Shown here in pieces: positions 52,053 to 62,301 of a stretch of DNA of 64,000 nt. Positions within the stretch are counted from its first letter, which is position 1. Every line of letters starts with the position of its first letter. A program made the position numbers and the translations under genes. The notes under the pieces are model-generated. The model worked only from the letters and a program-made list of their open reading frames with translations. It had not been told where the DNA came from and did no database searches. This stretch comes from Verrucomicrobiota bacterium (GTDB lineage Bacteria; Verrucomicrobiota; Verrucomicrobiia; Verrucomicrobiales; Verrucomicrobiaceae): positions 1,289 to 65,288 of the forward strand of contig VFKE01000091.1 in the NCBI GenBank assembly GCA_009885695.1, in the 5' to 3' direction.

Positions 52053-52262
52053 TTATTGAGTAAAGGCTTGAAAAAAGTTGCGCAAAACGAGATCAAAGAT
52101 TCCGGTGAAAGCCGCCAGCAGAAGCATGGCCACGAAAACCACTGCCGTGGCGTCAGTCAGCTCCTTGTAGCGGGCGAATCCCCTTTCTTTGGGATCCCAT
52201 GGCCACGTGGCTTTTCTCAACTCGGACCAGACTTCGGAAAGATAATTGGTTACGCGGTTCAT
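52053..52262 (-). CDS. secE: preprotein translocase subunit SecE
   Basis: MNRVTNYLSEVWSELRKATWPWDPKE...single TM. Conserved position upstream of nusG. The start at 52262 is preferred over the track start at 52313. Confidence 0.85.
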   Translation of the reverse strand: MNRVTNYLSEVWSELRKATWPWDPKERGFARYKELTDATAVVFVAMLLLAAFTGIFDLVLRNFFQAFTQ

Positions 52263-52378
52263 GGAGGAAGTTAATAGCTGAGAGTTGATGGCTGATAGCC
52301 TGAGTGGAAACAAATCAAATCGGAGCAGTAAGGGAGCGAGGGAAATTTTGACTATCAGCTATCGACTATCAGCTAATC

Positions 52379-52454
52379 TGGCACGCCGGGAGGGACTCGA
52401 ACCCCCAACCAATGGTTTTGGAGACCACTACTCTACCAATTGAGCTACCGGCGT
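52379..52454 (-). tRNA. trnW: tRNA-Trp (anticodon CCA)
   Basis: Minus strand ACGCCGGTAGCTCAATTGGTAGAGTAGTGGTCTCCAAAACCATTGGTTGGGGGTTCGAGTCCCTCCCGGCGTGCCA. Cloverleaf with 7-bp acceptor stem, CT-CCA-AA anticodon loop, TTCGAGT T-loop and encoded CCA. Confidence 0.9.
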
Positions 52455-52593
52455 ATATCGTCCTCGCGGACTGTCTCGTTTGGATCGTTGCGTTCAGGGT
52501 TTCGTTCAGGAAAAGCCGTCTGGGGACAAGTGCTCCGCGGATGCCTGTTTGCCACAAGCCCGCGGAGTCTGTGAACTCAGACGGCGCAGTGAA

Positions 52594-53778
<1,185 letters not shown>

Positions 53779-53840
53779 TGTCTTGGTTGGTTGGTCTACG
53801 CGTTTGGGTTGTGGGAGAATTCGCTGTTTCCGATGGCCGA

Positions 53841-53915
53841 TGGAGCTTGTGGAGGGGATTGAACCCTCGACCTCGTCCTTACCAAGGACGTGCTCTACCA
53901 CTGAGCTACACAAGC
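53841..53915 (-). tRNA. trnT: tRNA-Thr (anticodon GGT)
   Basis: Minus strand GCTTGTGTAGCTCAGTGGTAGAGCACGTCCTTGGTAAGGACGAGGTCGAGGGTTCAATCCCCTCCACAAGCTCCA. Standard cloverleaf, with the canonical tRNA-Thr position upstream of tuf. Confidence 0.9.
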
Positions 53916-53946
53916 GTTGCCACTGGCCGTGGAAACGCGGCACTTC

Positions 53947-54056
53947 TTAATAAAGAGAGGGGAATTCTGTCAAACGCCGCTTGGACGCACAGACAAAGCT
54001 CCCCCAACTTTGTCAAAAAGTGGTTGGCAAAGTAGATGCCTCTGCCACTCTGTCAA
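53947..54056 (-). promoter_or_regulatory. candidate promoter region for tRNA-Thr/tuf with three TTGACA boxes
   Basis: Minus-strand TTGACA at 53968..53973, 54011..54016 and 54051..54056. Possible -10 boxes are TATTAA (53947..53952, 15-nt spacer) and TACTTT (54029..54034, 16-nt spacer). Confidence 0.3.
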
Positions 54057-54122
54057 AAAATATTGAGAAAAAGTTTGCCCTGACACGGCCAAGCTGCTTG
54101 TCGGGGAATAAAATGGGCGAAT

Positions 54123-54881
54123 TCACAATACCAGTTTCACCGCCGCCACCAGCGCAAAGACGAACACCACCCGCTCAAACACGGTCTGCGACATCACCTT
54201 GACCGTCTTCCATCCGATCCCCACGCCCAGCACCACCGCTGGAAGCAGCAGCAGATTCGTCAGCAGCGAAGGCCCGTTGATCAACCCGATCTGCGCGCTG
54301 AACGGAACCTTGAACAAATTGATGACCAAAAAAAACCGGGTGGAAATGCCGAGGTAGTCGCCCTTGCCGAATCGATGCGCCAGCAGATAGACGGTCATCA
54401 CCGGACCCGCCGCATTGGCCAGCATGGTGGTCGTGCCCGCAGCAGCGCCGAGACTGCCGACAAATACCGGATGCTTGTGCAGCTCCGCGAATTTGTCCTT
54501 CTTCCAGTCGAGCAAAAGCTTCAATGCCAGCAGCGAGAGAATGACCCAGCCGATGACATGCTTTGCCAGATGATTGTCGAGCCGGTCCAGCAGCCACCAG
54601 CCGATGACCACACCCACGCAGGCCGACGGCACCAAAGGCCAGACCTGTCGCCATGATCCCCCACCCTTCCGCAGAAGGACGAATCCCATGATGTCCGCCG
54701 CGATCAAGAGCGGCAGCACCACGCCCGTCGAGTCTTTCGCGCCGAACGCATCAGCAAACAAAACCACCGCCGCCAGTCCGCAACCCGCCAGTCCGGCCTT
54801 GGCCATGCCGATCAACGCCGCGCCGACGAGCGCAAGCATCAGCGCACGCGAATCGTGAATCAGTGTGCTCTCGTAAATCAA
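54123..54881 (-). CDS. TauE/SafE-family sulfite/anion exporter membrane protein
   Basis: 252 aa, about 7-8 hydrophobic helices with Gly-rich motifs (GAALIGMAKAGLAGCG, GAAAGTTTMLANAAGP) typical of TauE/DUF81. Confidence 0.7.
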   Translation of the reverse strand: MIYESTLIHDSRALMLALVGAALIGMAKAGLAGCGLAAVVLFADAFGAKDSTGVVLPLLIAADIMGFVLLRKGGGSWRQVWPLVPSACVGVVIGWWLLDRLDNHLAKHVIGWVILSLLALKLLLDWKKDKFAELHKHPVFVGSLGAAAGTTTMLANAAGPVMTVYLLAHRFGKGDYLGISTRFFLVINLFKVPFSAQIGLINGPSLLTNLLLLPAVVLGVGIGWKTVKVMSQTVFERVVFVFALVAAVKLVL

Positions 54882-55279
54882 GGCGTAAGTATTTCCATGT
54901 CCGTCGCGACGTGAACAAAGTGGGACGGGTTTCGTGTCACGATTTGACGGGCCTTTTTCCGCCTCGCAAAAGTCGCGTGCAGCGAGTCATAGATGCCTCC
55001 GCCCATCACACCGCGACGCCGTGCTTCACCGATGCATTTTTGATAATCAGCCAGCGACAGGGCTTCAACAACAATGGAGTCCTCCAGACTCAGAACCAAC
55101 TCCGCTGCCGCTTCCACCGGCACCTTGTAAAATCCCGTGAGCGTGGAAAAGCATTCGGCCAGCGCATGTGCGTTGGTGAAGGGCCGCTCGCATTCCTCCA
55201 GCGCGGAGCGGCAGGCTGCGTGCTGCTCGTGGGAAGCCAGCAGTGCTCCGACGAGAATGCCGGTGTCGACAAAAGTCAT
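54878..55279 (-). CDS. vapC: PIN-domain ribonuclease toxin VapC
   Basis: 133 aa. N-terminal FVDTGILV (first acidic PIN residue) and downstream acidic residues. 4-nt overlap with the upstream antitoxin gene. Confidence 0.75.
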   Translation of the reverse strand: MTFVDTGILVGALLASHEQHAACRSALEECERPFTNAHALAECFSTLTGFYKVPVEAAAELVLSLEDSIVVEALSLADYQKCIGEARRRGVMGGGIYDSLHATFARRKKARQIVTRNPSHFVHVATDMEILTP

Positions 55280-55542
55280 CGCGTGTAATGGCGGGCTCGT
55301 TCCACGGCATCTTCAATCGGCGTGGCAGGCACTTTCCCCGTCCAGACCTTGAGTTTGCCGCGCCTGACCACCTTGCCCGTAACGCTTGCCGGAACCTCCA
55401 GCACAATCCGGCCGGGAGACACATGCGCCCGCAGCTTCTGCCGCTGCGGGATGCCCGCCGCCTTGCGCACCGCGCTGGTCAGCACCAGCCGGTTGCCTTT
55501 GTCCAGAGTCAATTCCGTCATCATGGCATGACCATGCCACAT
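55276..55542 (-). CDS. vapB: AbrB/MazE/SpoVT-family antitoxin (VapB)
   Basis: MMTELTLDKGNRLVLTSAVRKAAGIPQRQKLRAHVSPGRIVLEVP has a swapped-hairpin-type pattern. Alternative start at 55524. Confidence 0.7.
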   Translation of the reverse strand: MWHGHAMMTELTLDKGNRLVLTSAVRKAAGIPQRQKLRAHVSPGRIVLEVPASVTGKVVRRGKLKVWTGKVPATPIEDAVERARHYTR

Positions 55543-55713
55543 TCATGGCACAGATGCAAACTTGCCGGCGAAAAACGGTGAGCGCTGGTCAAGGGACTTT
55601 TGCCCGAAGCTCCTGTGGCACTTGAACAACGCAAATTCAAAGCGCTCTACCCCTGTGTCTTCTTGCCTTCCGCGAGATTCGTGATTCGTTGCGCGCCCCT
55701 TCCCCTCCCCGCC

Positions 55714-56961
55714 ATGCCCAAAAAGAAAATCGTTCTCGCTTACTCCGGTGGTCTCGACACCTCGGTGCTCCTCTCCTGGATCAAGGAAACCTATGACGCG
55801 GAGATGATCTGCTTCTGCGCCAATATCGGGCAGGAAGATGAATTGAAAGGTCTGAACAAAAAGGCGAAACAGACCGGCGCGTCTTCCATTTACATCGACG
55901 ACCTCCAGGACGAGTTCGCCGAGGACTTCATCTACCCGATGATGCAGGCCGGTGCGATCTATGAAGGCCAGTATTTCCTCGGCACCAGCATCGCACGGCC
56001 TTTGATCGCGAAACGCATGGTGGAAATCGCGAAAAAAGAAGGCGCCACCGCCATCGCGCACGGCGCGACAGGAAAAGGCAATGACCAGGTGCGCTTTGAA
56101 CTCACCGCCGCCGCGCTGGCGCCGGAAATTGAAATCATCGCCCCCTGGCGCGACGAGCGGTTCCGCAACGAATTCCCCGGCCGCCAGGAGATGATCGACT
56201 ACTGCGCGAAGCACAAAATCCCCGTGCAAGCCAGCGCCAAGAAGCCATTCTCAATGGACCGCAACCTCCTGCACATCAGCTATGAGGCCGGCATTCTGGA
56301 AGACCCATGGTTCGATGCGGGCGACAAAAAAAACCGCGACTACTTCACCGTGCTCTCGTGCTTCCCTGAGGACGCACCCGACAAGGCGGAATACGTCACA
56401 CTCGATTTTAAAAAGGGAAACTGCATCGCCGTGAACGGCAAGGCGCTCTCCCCGCTCGCCGTCATGAAACTGCTCAACAAGCTCGGTGGCAAACACGGCG
56501 TCGGTCGCGTGGACATGGTCGAGAACCGCTTCGTCGGCATGAAATCCCGCGGTGTCTATGAAACACCCGGCGGAGCCATCCTGCACTTCGCCCATCGCCA
56601 GATCGAAAGCCTGACAATGGACCGGGAGGTCATGCACCTGCGCGATTCACTCATCCCGAAATACGCCGAGCTCGTCTATAACGGCTTCTGGTATGCGCCC
56701 GAGCGCCTCGCGATTCAGGCCCTCGTCACCGAAAGCCAGAAAAATGTCGCCGGTACCGTGCGCGTGAAGCTCTACAAAGGCAGCATCCACGCCGCCGGCC
56801 GCAAGTCATCTGTCAGCCTCTACAATCCGCACATCGCCACCATGGAAGCCGATCCAACCAAGGCCTACAACCAGGACGACGCCACCGGATTCATCCGGCT
56901 CAATGGTCTGCGTCTGCGCGTGAACTCGACGGTGAACGGCGCTAAAAATTTAAAAGGTTGA
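55714..56961 (+). CDS. argG: argininosuccinate synthase
   Basis: [18 protein letters not shown] (ATP pyrophosphatase motif), [37 protein letters not shown]. The start at 55714 is preferred over 55600. Confidence 0.95.
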   Translation: MPKKKIVLAYSGGLDTSVLLSWIKETYDAEMICFCANIGQEDELKGLNKKAKQTGASSIYIDDLQDEFAEDFIYPMMQAGAIYEGQYFLGTSIARPLIAKRMVEIAKKEGATAIAHGATGKGNDQVRFELTAAALAPEIEIIAPWRDERFRNEFPGRQEMIDYCAKHKIPVQASAKKPFSMDRNLLHISYEAGILEDPWFDAGDKKNRDYFTVLSCFPEDAPDKAEYVTLDFKKGNCIAVNGKALSPLAVMKLLNKLGGKHGVGRVDMVENRFVGMKSRGVYETPGGAILHFAHRQIESLTMDREVMHLRDSLIPKYAELVYNGFWYAPERLAIQALVTESQKNVAGTVRVKLYKGSIHAAGRKSSVSLYNPHIATMEADPTKAYNQDDATGFIRLNGLRLRVNSTVNGAKNLKG

Positions 56962-57002
56962 GTGGCACCCGCTGTCATGGATTTGAGCAAGTTCAATTGA
57001 GT

Positions 57003-57108
57003 CGTAGCCGCGCCTCGTAAGAACGAGGGAAGCTTCGATGTTTTGTAACCAGGCGTCTATATCCCGCACTCTTACGAGATGCGGCTACGTCTTTATTAAA
57101 AATACTGT
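57003..57108 (-). repeat. partial copy (D) of the dispersed repeat family
   Basis: The reverse complement begins AGTATTTTTAATAAAGACGTAGCCGCATCTCGTAAGAGTGCGGGA, like copies A-C, then diverges. A second hairpin is CCTCGT-aaga-ACGAGG. Confidence 0.65.
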
Positions 57109-57178
57109 AATGCGCGGTCCTGAAAAGAGGGGCGACGCGGCTATCTGATGTGAATGAGAAGATGAGACTCAACGCCAT

Positions 57179-59959
57179 TCAGATGGCCATCGTCTTCGCA
57201 AGACCGGGCTTGGCTGATTCTCCCGCCTCTTTCCCCTTCCCAGCCGCCACCTTTTCCACATCCACCGCGACCACTTTGTATTCGGGGCACATGGTGTCTT
57301 CATCGCACTCGCTGCTGGTGACGATGTTCACCAGCACCTCGGGGAAATGGAACGTGGTGTAAAGAATGCCGGGCTTCACTTCTTCGGAAACTTTTGCGAG
57401 CATCCGGATTTCTCCACGCGCAGAGAAGATGCGAACGGTGTCGCCGGTGATAATGCCTTTCTTCTTCGCGTCCACGGGATTGATCGCCAGTTCGTCCTTG
57501 GTGACGATCTCCACATTGCCGGTGCGGCGGGTCATGCTTCCGCAGTTGTAGTGCTCCAGCAGGCGGCCCGTCGTCAAGATGAGTGGGAACTCAGTGAGGT
57601 GCTGTACAATCTCCTTCGATTCCTTGAACTCGAAGAAATGGAACTTCCCGAGGCCGCGCTTGAAGGTGTCGGCGTGCAATATCTCGGTGCCCACATTGCC
57701 TTCGGCGATGGGCCACTGTTTGCCGTTGTCGCCCAGACCTTCCCAGGTCGCGCCCTTGAAGAATGGCACCACGCGCGCGATCTCCGCGAGCACGCCATCG
57801 GGCGTGTAGTCGGGCTGCGCAACGCCCATGCGGTTCATGATGTCGACGACGATCTGACCGTCGGTCTTGGTGCCGGCCAGTGGCGGGATGACGGCGTTGA
57901 CGCGTTGCACGCGACGCTCGCCATTCGTGAATGTGCCGCTCTTTTCAAAGAACGACGCCGCAGGCAACACGACGTTGGCGAACTCCGCAGTGGGCGTCAT
58001 GAACAACTCTTGCACGACGAGAAAATCCAGCGCGTTCAGTGCCTTCTTTACGTGCTCGGTGTTGGGATCAGTTTGAACCATGTCCTCACCCATGACCCAC
58101 AAGGCCTTAAACTTGCCCGCGAGCGCGGCGTCATACATCTGCGGAATCTTCAAGCCGATTTGATCGGACAAATTCGCGCCGTAGAAATCCTGATACATCC
58201 GGTGATTCGCCGGATCATTTACCTGCAAATAACCCGCACCCTGATGCGGCTGGCAGCCCATGTCGGCCGTGCCTTGGACGTTGTTCTGGCCGCGCAACGG
58301 ATTCACGCCCACGCCGCGCCGACCAATATTGCCGGTCATCATCGCGATGTCCGCGATGAGCATGATACTCTTCGAACCGTGGCTGTGCTCGGTGACGCCG
58401 AGGCCGTGGAAAGCCATCGCGTTTTCCGCATTCGCATACTCCAGCGCCGCGGCTTTCACTTGCTCGCGCGGAACACCGTGGATTTTTTCCAGTTCATCGA
58501 GATCAATCGAACGCAAACCGTTTTCAAACTCGGTCCAGTTCTCGCAGCGCTTCTCAATGAACTCTTTGTCCACCAATCCAGCTTCCCAGATGTAGTAGGC
58601 AAACATGTCGAGTATCGCGACGTTAGTGCCGGGACGAAGCTGCAGATGATGCTTGGCGTATTTCACGATCTCGATCTCGCGGGGATCGATCACGATGAGC
58701 GGCACGCCCTTCATCGCGCGCTGCTTGATTTTCGCTCCGGTGACCGGATGACCTTCGGTCGGATTAGCACCGATCACGAGCATGCAGTTTGTGTGCTGGA
58801 TGTCGATGACCGAGTTGGTGGCTGCGCCGGTGCCGAAGGCTTTCTGCATCCCCCAGGCCGTGGGCGAATGGCAGACGCGCGCGCAGGCGTCGATGTTGTT
58901 GGTGCCGAACACCACGCGAATGAACTTCTGCATCAGATAGTTCTCTTCGTTCGTGCAACGCGCCGATGAGATGCCGCCGACCGCATCGCCACCGTGCTCG
59001 TCTTTGATGCGCTGGAGGTTCTTCGCGATGTGATCGTAGGCTTCCTCCCAGGTCGCCTCCTGGAAATGGCCGTTGTAACGAATCAGCGGCGTGCGCAGAC
59101 GGTCGCGATGATTGTAAAACTTGAATGCGTAACGCCCCTTCAAACAGGTGTGCGCCATGTTCACCTCCGCATCCACCGGTGCTTGAATGGAAAGAATCTC
59201 ATTGCCTCGCGTAGAGACTTCGAGATTGCAACCCACACCGCAGTAGGTGCAGATGGTGCGGGTTTTCTTCGTGGCCTGAATCGCCTTCGACTGGAACACA
59301 TCGCTGATCGCTGAAGTCGGACAGGCTTGCGAACAGGCGCCGCACGACACGCAGGTGGAGTCGTTGAAGGAGCTGTCGAAGCCCTTGATGATGCGCGATT
59401 CAAAACCGCGACCGTGCATCGAGAGCACGAACTGCCCTTGGATTTCGTCACACGCACGCACGCAACGGGCGCAGTTGATGCACTTCGACAAATCCGAAGT
59501 CATGTAAGGATGCGAAAGATCCTTCTTGCGGTCGAGATGGTTCTTCCCGCCGGTGTATCGAATCTGCCGCACGCCAACTTTCGCGGCCACGGTCTGCAAT
59601 TCGCAGTTGCCATTGATCTCGCAAGTGAGGCATTCCGGCGGATGATCGGAGAGCACCAGTTCCAAAATATTCCGCCGCAGCTTCTGCACTTTCTGCGATT
59701 GCGTGAAGATATGAACGCCCGGCGTGATCGGCGTGTGGCACGAAGCCACCACGCGACGCGGCCCATCCGCCGCCTGCGCTACTTCAACAGAACAAACGCG
59801 GCAGGCACCGTAAGGCTCAAGCTGCGGCGCGTCGCACAAGGTCGGCACGAAGCCGCGACCGAGATGGCGATCAACGAATTTCAGCAACGTGTCGTCGCTC
59901 TTATATTCAAGCGGCTCGCCGTCGATGTAGGCGATGTTGGTTGGTGTGCGGGCGCTCAT
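57179..59959 (-). CDS. fdsA: NAD-dependent formate dehydrogenase alpha subunit (molybdopterin, Cys-type)
   Basis: 926 aa. N-terminal 2Fe-2S (LCDAPQLEPYGACRVCSVEV), 4Fe-4S ferredoxin motifs (CINCARCVRAC, CVSCGACSQACP), the MopB 4Fe-4S (CTYCGVGC) and active-site CARVCHSPT. Confidence 0.9.
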   Translation of the reverse strand: MSARTPTNIAYIDGEPLEYKSDDTLLKFVDRHLGRGFVPTLCDAPQLEPYGACRVCSVEVAQAADGPRRVVASCHTPITPGVHIFTQSQKVQKLRRNILELVLSDHPPECLTCEINGNCELQTVAAKVGVRQIRYTGGKNHLDRKKDLSHPYMTSDLSKCINCARCVRACDEIQGQFVLSMHGRGFESRIIKGFDSSFNDSTCVSCGACSQACPTSAISDVFQSKAIQATKKTRTICTYCGVGCNLEVSTRGNEILSIQAPVDAEVNMAHTCLKGRYAFKFYNHRDRLRTPLIRYNGHFQEATWEEAYDHIAKNLQRIKDEHGGDAVGGISSARCTNEENYLMQKFIRVVFGTNNIDACARVCHSPTAWGMQKAFGTGAATNSVIDIQHTNCMLVIGANPTEGHPVTGAKIKQRAMKGVPLIVIDPREIEIVKYAKHHLQLRPGTNVAILDMFAYYIWEAGLVDKEFIEKRCENWTEFENGLRSIDLDELEKIHGVPREQVKAAALEYANAENAMAFHGLGVTEHSHGSKSIMLIADIAMMTGNIGRRGVGVNPLRGQNNVQGTADMGCQPHQGAGYLQVNDPANHRMYQDFYGANLSDQIGLKIPQMYDAALAGKFKALWVMGEDMVQTDPNTEHVKKALNALDFLVVQELFMTPTAEFANVVLPAASFFEKSGTFTNGERRVQRVNAVIPPLAGTKTDGQIVVDIMNRMGVAQPDYTPDGVLAEIARVVPFFKGATWEGLGDNGKQWPIAEGNVGTEILHADTFKRGLGKFHFFEFKESKEIVQHLTEFPLILTTGRLLEHYNCGSMTRRTGNVEIVTKDELAINPVDAKKKGIITGDTVRIFSARGEIRMLAKVSEEVKPGILYTTFHFPEVLVNIVTSSECDEDTMCPEYKVVAVDVEKVAAGKGKEAGESAKPGLAKTMAI

Positions 59960-59976
59960 GGCTGGGTAATGATAAG

Positions 59977-60264
59977 TTATGGGAATGTCCCTTTAATGAT
60001 ACTGGTAAAGTCACTCCAATTCTCAATGCGGAAACCCCGAATGTCACGGACGGAGGCTGGCAGCCATGGAAGCGCTTTCAATGCAAGCAGCGCAGCAAAC
60101 AAGTTCGCCATGTCATCCTTTTCGGTTACGTAGACACTGCCTTGAATACGCTCGAATCCGAAACGCCGGAGCGTGCTCCCGATCTCCGCATAAGCGGCAG
60201 TGGCACCGCGCGGATTATTCCGCTCGGCATCAGCAACAATGAGATCGAACGCGATAGCGAACAT
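59977..60264 (-). CDS. vapD: VapD-family (Cas2-like) endoribonuclease toxin
   Basis: MFAIAFDL...AYAEIGSTLRRFGFERIQGSVY...DMANLFAALLALKALPWLPASVRDIRGFRIENWSDFT closely tracks the Haemophilus VapD pattern as I recall it (AIAFDL, GF.R.QGS.Y, DMANLF, SVRDIRAFRIE.WSDFT). Confidence 0.8.
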   Translation of the reverse strand: MFAIAFDLIVADAERNNPRGATAAYAEIGSTLRRFGFERIQGSVYVTEKDDMANLFAALLALKALPWLPASVRDIRGFRIENWSDFTSIIKGTFP

Positions 60265-60449
60265 TATTTTGCCTCCGGATCTGCTAGGGCGCGGTCGACC
60301 GCATAATCCAGTTCCTCTCCTGATTCGACAACCACGATGTGAACTTTAGACTCATCGACCTTGGCCTCAACTTGATACACTGGACCTTCGCTACCGAATG
60401 TTCGGTAGGTTCCAACCAGATCATTCACTATTGATGAATCAGGACTCAT
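60264..60449 (-). CDS. small acidic protein, putative cognate antitoxin of VapD (VapX-like role)
   Basis: 61-aa ORF. Its TAA overlaps the vapD ATG (TAATG on the minus strand). No family recognised. Confidence 0.5.
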   Translation of the reverse strand: MSPDSSIVNDLVGTYRTFGSEGPVYQVEAKVDESKVHIVVVESGEELDYAVDRALADPEAK

Positions 60450-60452
60450 GAC

Positions 60453-62159
60453 TCAGGCGAGGCTGGAATTAAAATACGGCTGAAGTTCGTCTTTGAAATA
60501 GCGAAGCGCATTCTTGATTGGCAGCGGCACGCCACCACCCAACGCGCACAGCGAAGTGATCTCCATGGTGTCGAGCAGGTCTGTCATCAACTCCGGATCA
60601 ATGCGATCACCGTTGCAGGTTCCGCTGCGAGCTTTGGCGACCAACTCCTGCCCTCGCGTGCTGCCGAGCCGGCACGGGAAACATTTGCCGCAGCTTTCAT
60701 CAGCGGTGAACTGGAAAAGGTGCTCGATGTACTCGATCATCGGAAACGACTCCGGAATGCTGACCACGCCCGCGTGACCAAGCAGAAAACCGGCATTCTT
60801 GAAGGATTCAAAATCCACTGTGAGTTCGCCAATCTTCGACACGGGCACGATGCCGCCGAGCGGGCCGCCAACCTGAATCGCCTTCACTGGAACCTTGAAA
60901 CCACCACCGAGTTCGTTGACCACTTTCGTCAGCGGCGTGCCCATTGCGACTTCATAGAGACCGGGCTTTTTGAAGTTGGAATCGAGTGACACCAGCTTCG
61001 GGCCGCTGCTCTGCTCGGTGCCGGTCTTCGCGTAAGTCTTTCCGCCAAGCGTGATGATGCTGTGCAGATTCGCGAAGGTCTCGACATTATTCACGATGGT
61101 GGGCTTGCGGAACAAGCCTTCCACGGTCGGGAACGGCGGACGCACCCGCACTTCGGGACGCTGACCTTCGATGCTGGCGAGCAGCGCAGTCTCCTCGCCG
61201 CAGATGTAAGCACCCGCGCCTTTGATGACTTTGAGATCGAAATCAAAACCGCTGCCGAAGATGTTCTTCCCAATGAAGCCGGCTTTTTTCAAATCAGCAA
61301 TCGCCTCGCTGATGATGCGCACTGAATCAGGATACTCCGCGCGGATATAAAGTACGCCCGTGGCTGCGCCTGCGAACCAGCCTGCCACAATCATGCCGAG
61401 CAACACCGAATGCGGGCGCTGCTCCATGAGATACTTGTCGATGTAAGCACCGGGATCACCTTCATCGGCGTTGCAGACGATGTATTTCACCGCACCGGGA
61501 ACTTCACGGCAGGACTGCCATTTGAAATGGAGCGGGAAGCCCGCGCCGCCCCGACCGCGCAATTTCGAGTCCTTCAATTCCACGAGCAATGCGTCCTGCC
61601 CCTTGGCGAACAACGCCTGCAACGACGCGTAGTATTTTTCGATGCCGGGGAATGGCGCAGTGAGCATCGGCTCAGGCAGGTTGCAGCCGATGGTGTAGCG
61701 ATCGGTCGGATCCGCAGGCCGGAGGCTCTGCGATACAGCAGAACTGGAGTTCTGCGCTACTGCCTGCAACTGCTCTTCGCTCTGACCGGAGTAATTTTTG
61801 CCGTCGTGTTGAAACGCACCGCCTTGATGGCAGCGGCCGAGACAGCAGATGTGGCCGATCTCATCTTCCTTGAAATGCTTCGTCAGATCACTGTGCAGCT
61901 TCTTCTGCGTTCCCGCGAGGAGGCAGGCAGAGCCGTTGCACACGAAGACTTTCTTGCCTGCATTTCCCTTCTTCAGAAAATCATAGAACGAAACCGCGCC
62001 CAGCGAGATGGCATCACCCACCAGATGATGCTCGGCGATGGCGTGAACTGCTTCCGGCGTTTCAGCCGTGCCGTCCGCCGCAGCGGCGTCCACCATGCGG
62101 TTGAAGACATTATTTTCGAGTCCCTTGCGGAACGAGAGTGCGCTGAGGTTTTTTGACAT
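60453..62159 (-). CDS. fdsB: formate dehydrogenase diaphorase subunit: fused NuoE-like (FdsG) + NuoF-like (FdsB)
   Basis: N-terminal thioredoxin-like 2Fe-2S (VCNGSACLLAG...CLGRCHQGGA). NuoF core GRGGAGFP, NADEGDPGAY, YICGEETAL. C-terminal 4Fe-4S ESCGKCFPCR. Confidence 0.9.
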   Translation of the reverse strand: MSKNLSALSFRKGLENNVFNRMVDAAAADGTAETPEAVHAIAEHHLVGDAISLGAVSFYDFLKKGNAGKKVFVCNGSACLLAGTQKKLHSDLTKHFKEDEIGHICCLGRCHQGGAFQHDGKNYSGQSEEQLQAVAQNSSSAVSQSLRPADPTDRYTIGCNLPEPMLTAPFPGIEKYYASLQALFAKGQDALLVELKDSKLRGRGGAGFPLHFKWQSCREVPGAVKYIVCNADEGDPGAYIDKYLMEQRPHSVLLGMIVAGWFAGAATGVLYIRAEYPDSVRIISEAIADLKKAGFIGKNIFGSGFDFDLKVIKGAGAYICGEETALLASIEGQRPEVRVRPPFPTVEGLFRKPTIVNNVETFANLHSIITLGGKTYAKTGTEQSSGPKLVSLDSNFKKPGLYEVAMGTPLTKVVNELGGGFKVPVKAIQVGGPLGGIVPVSKIGELTVDFESFKNAGFLLGHAGVVSIPESFPMIEYIEHLFQFTADESCGKCFPCRLGSTRGQELVAKARSGTCNGDRIDPELMTDLLDTMEITSLCALGGGVPLPIKNALRYFKDELQPYFNSSLA

Positions 62160-62301
62160 CGTGGGGTGGCGAAAATCTTAACTTTGAAGCAGGCTACCAT
62201 TCTAAACGCAGGCGGGACTGAAACCAATCAGAAATATAGGCTGACCGCATCGGACCCCTATAGTTTTTGACCGCTGCAGTTGGTGGATTAGTCTCTCGCC
62301 C

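Noticed and set aside
53779-53943. N-terminal 55-codon extension of the tuf ORF
   Set aside because: The extension (..[22 protein letters not shown]..) is the translation of tRNA-Thr, and EF-Tu starts at the canonical [12 protein letters not shown].
62160-62301. Moco riboswitch upstream of the formate dehydrogenase operon
   Set aside because: The 142-nt leader lacks the conserved CCUCCGAG and paired elements of the Moco RNA motif on the minus strand.
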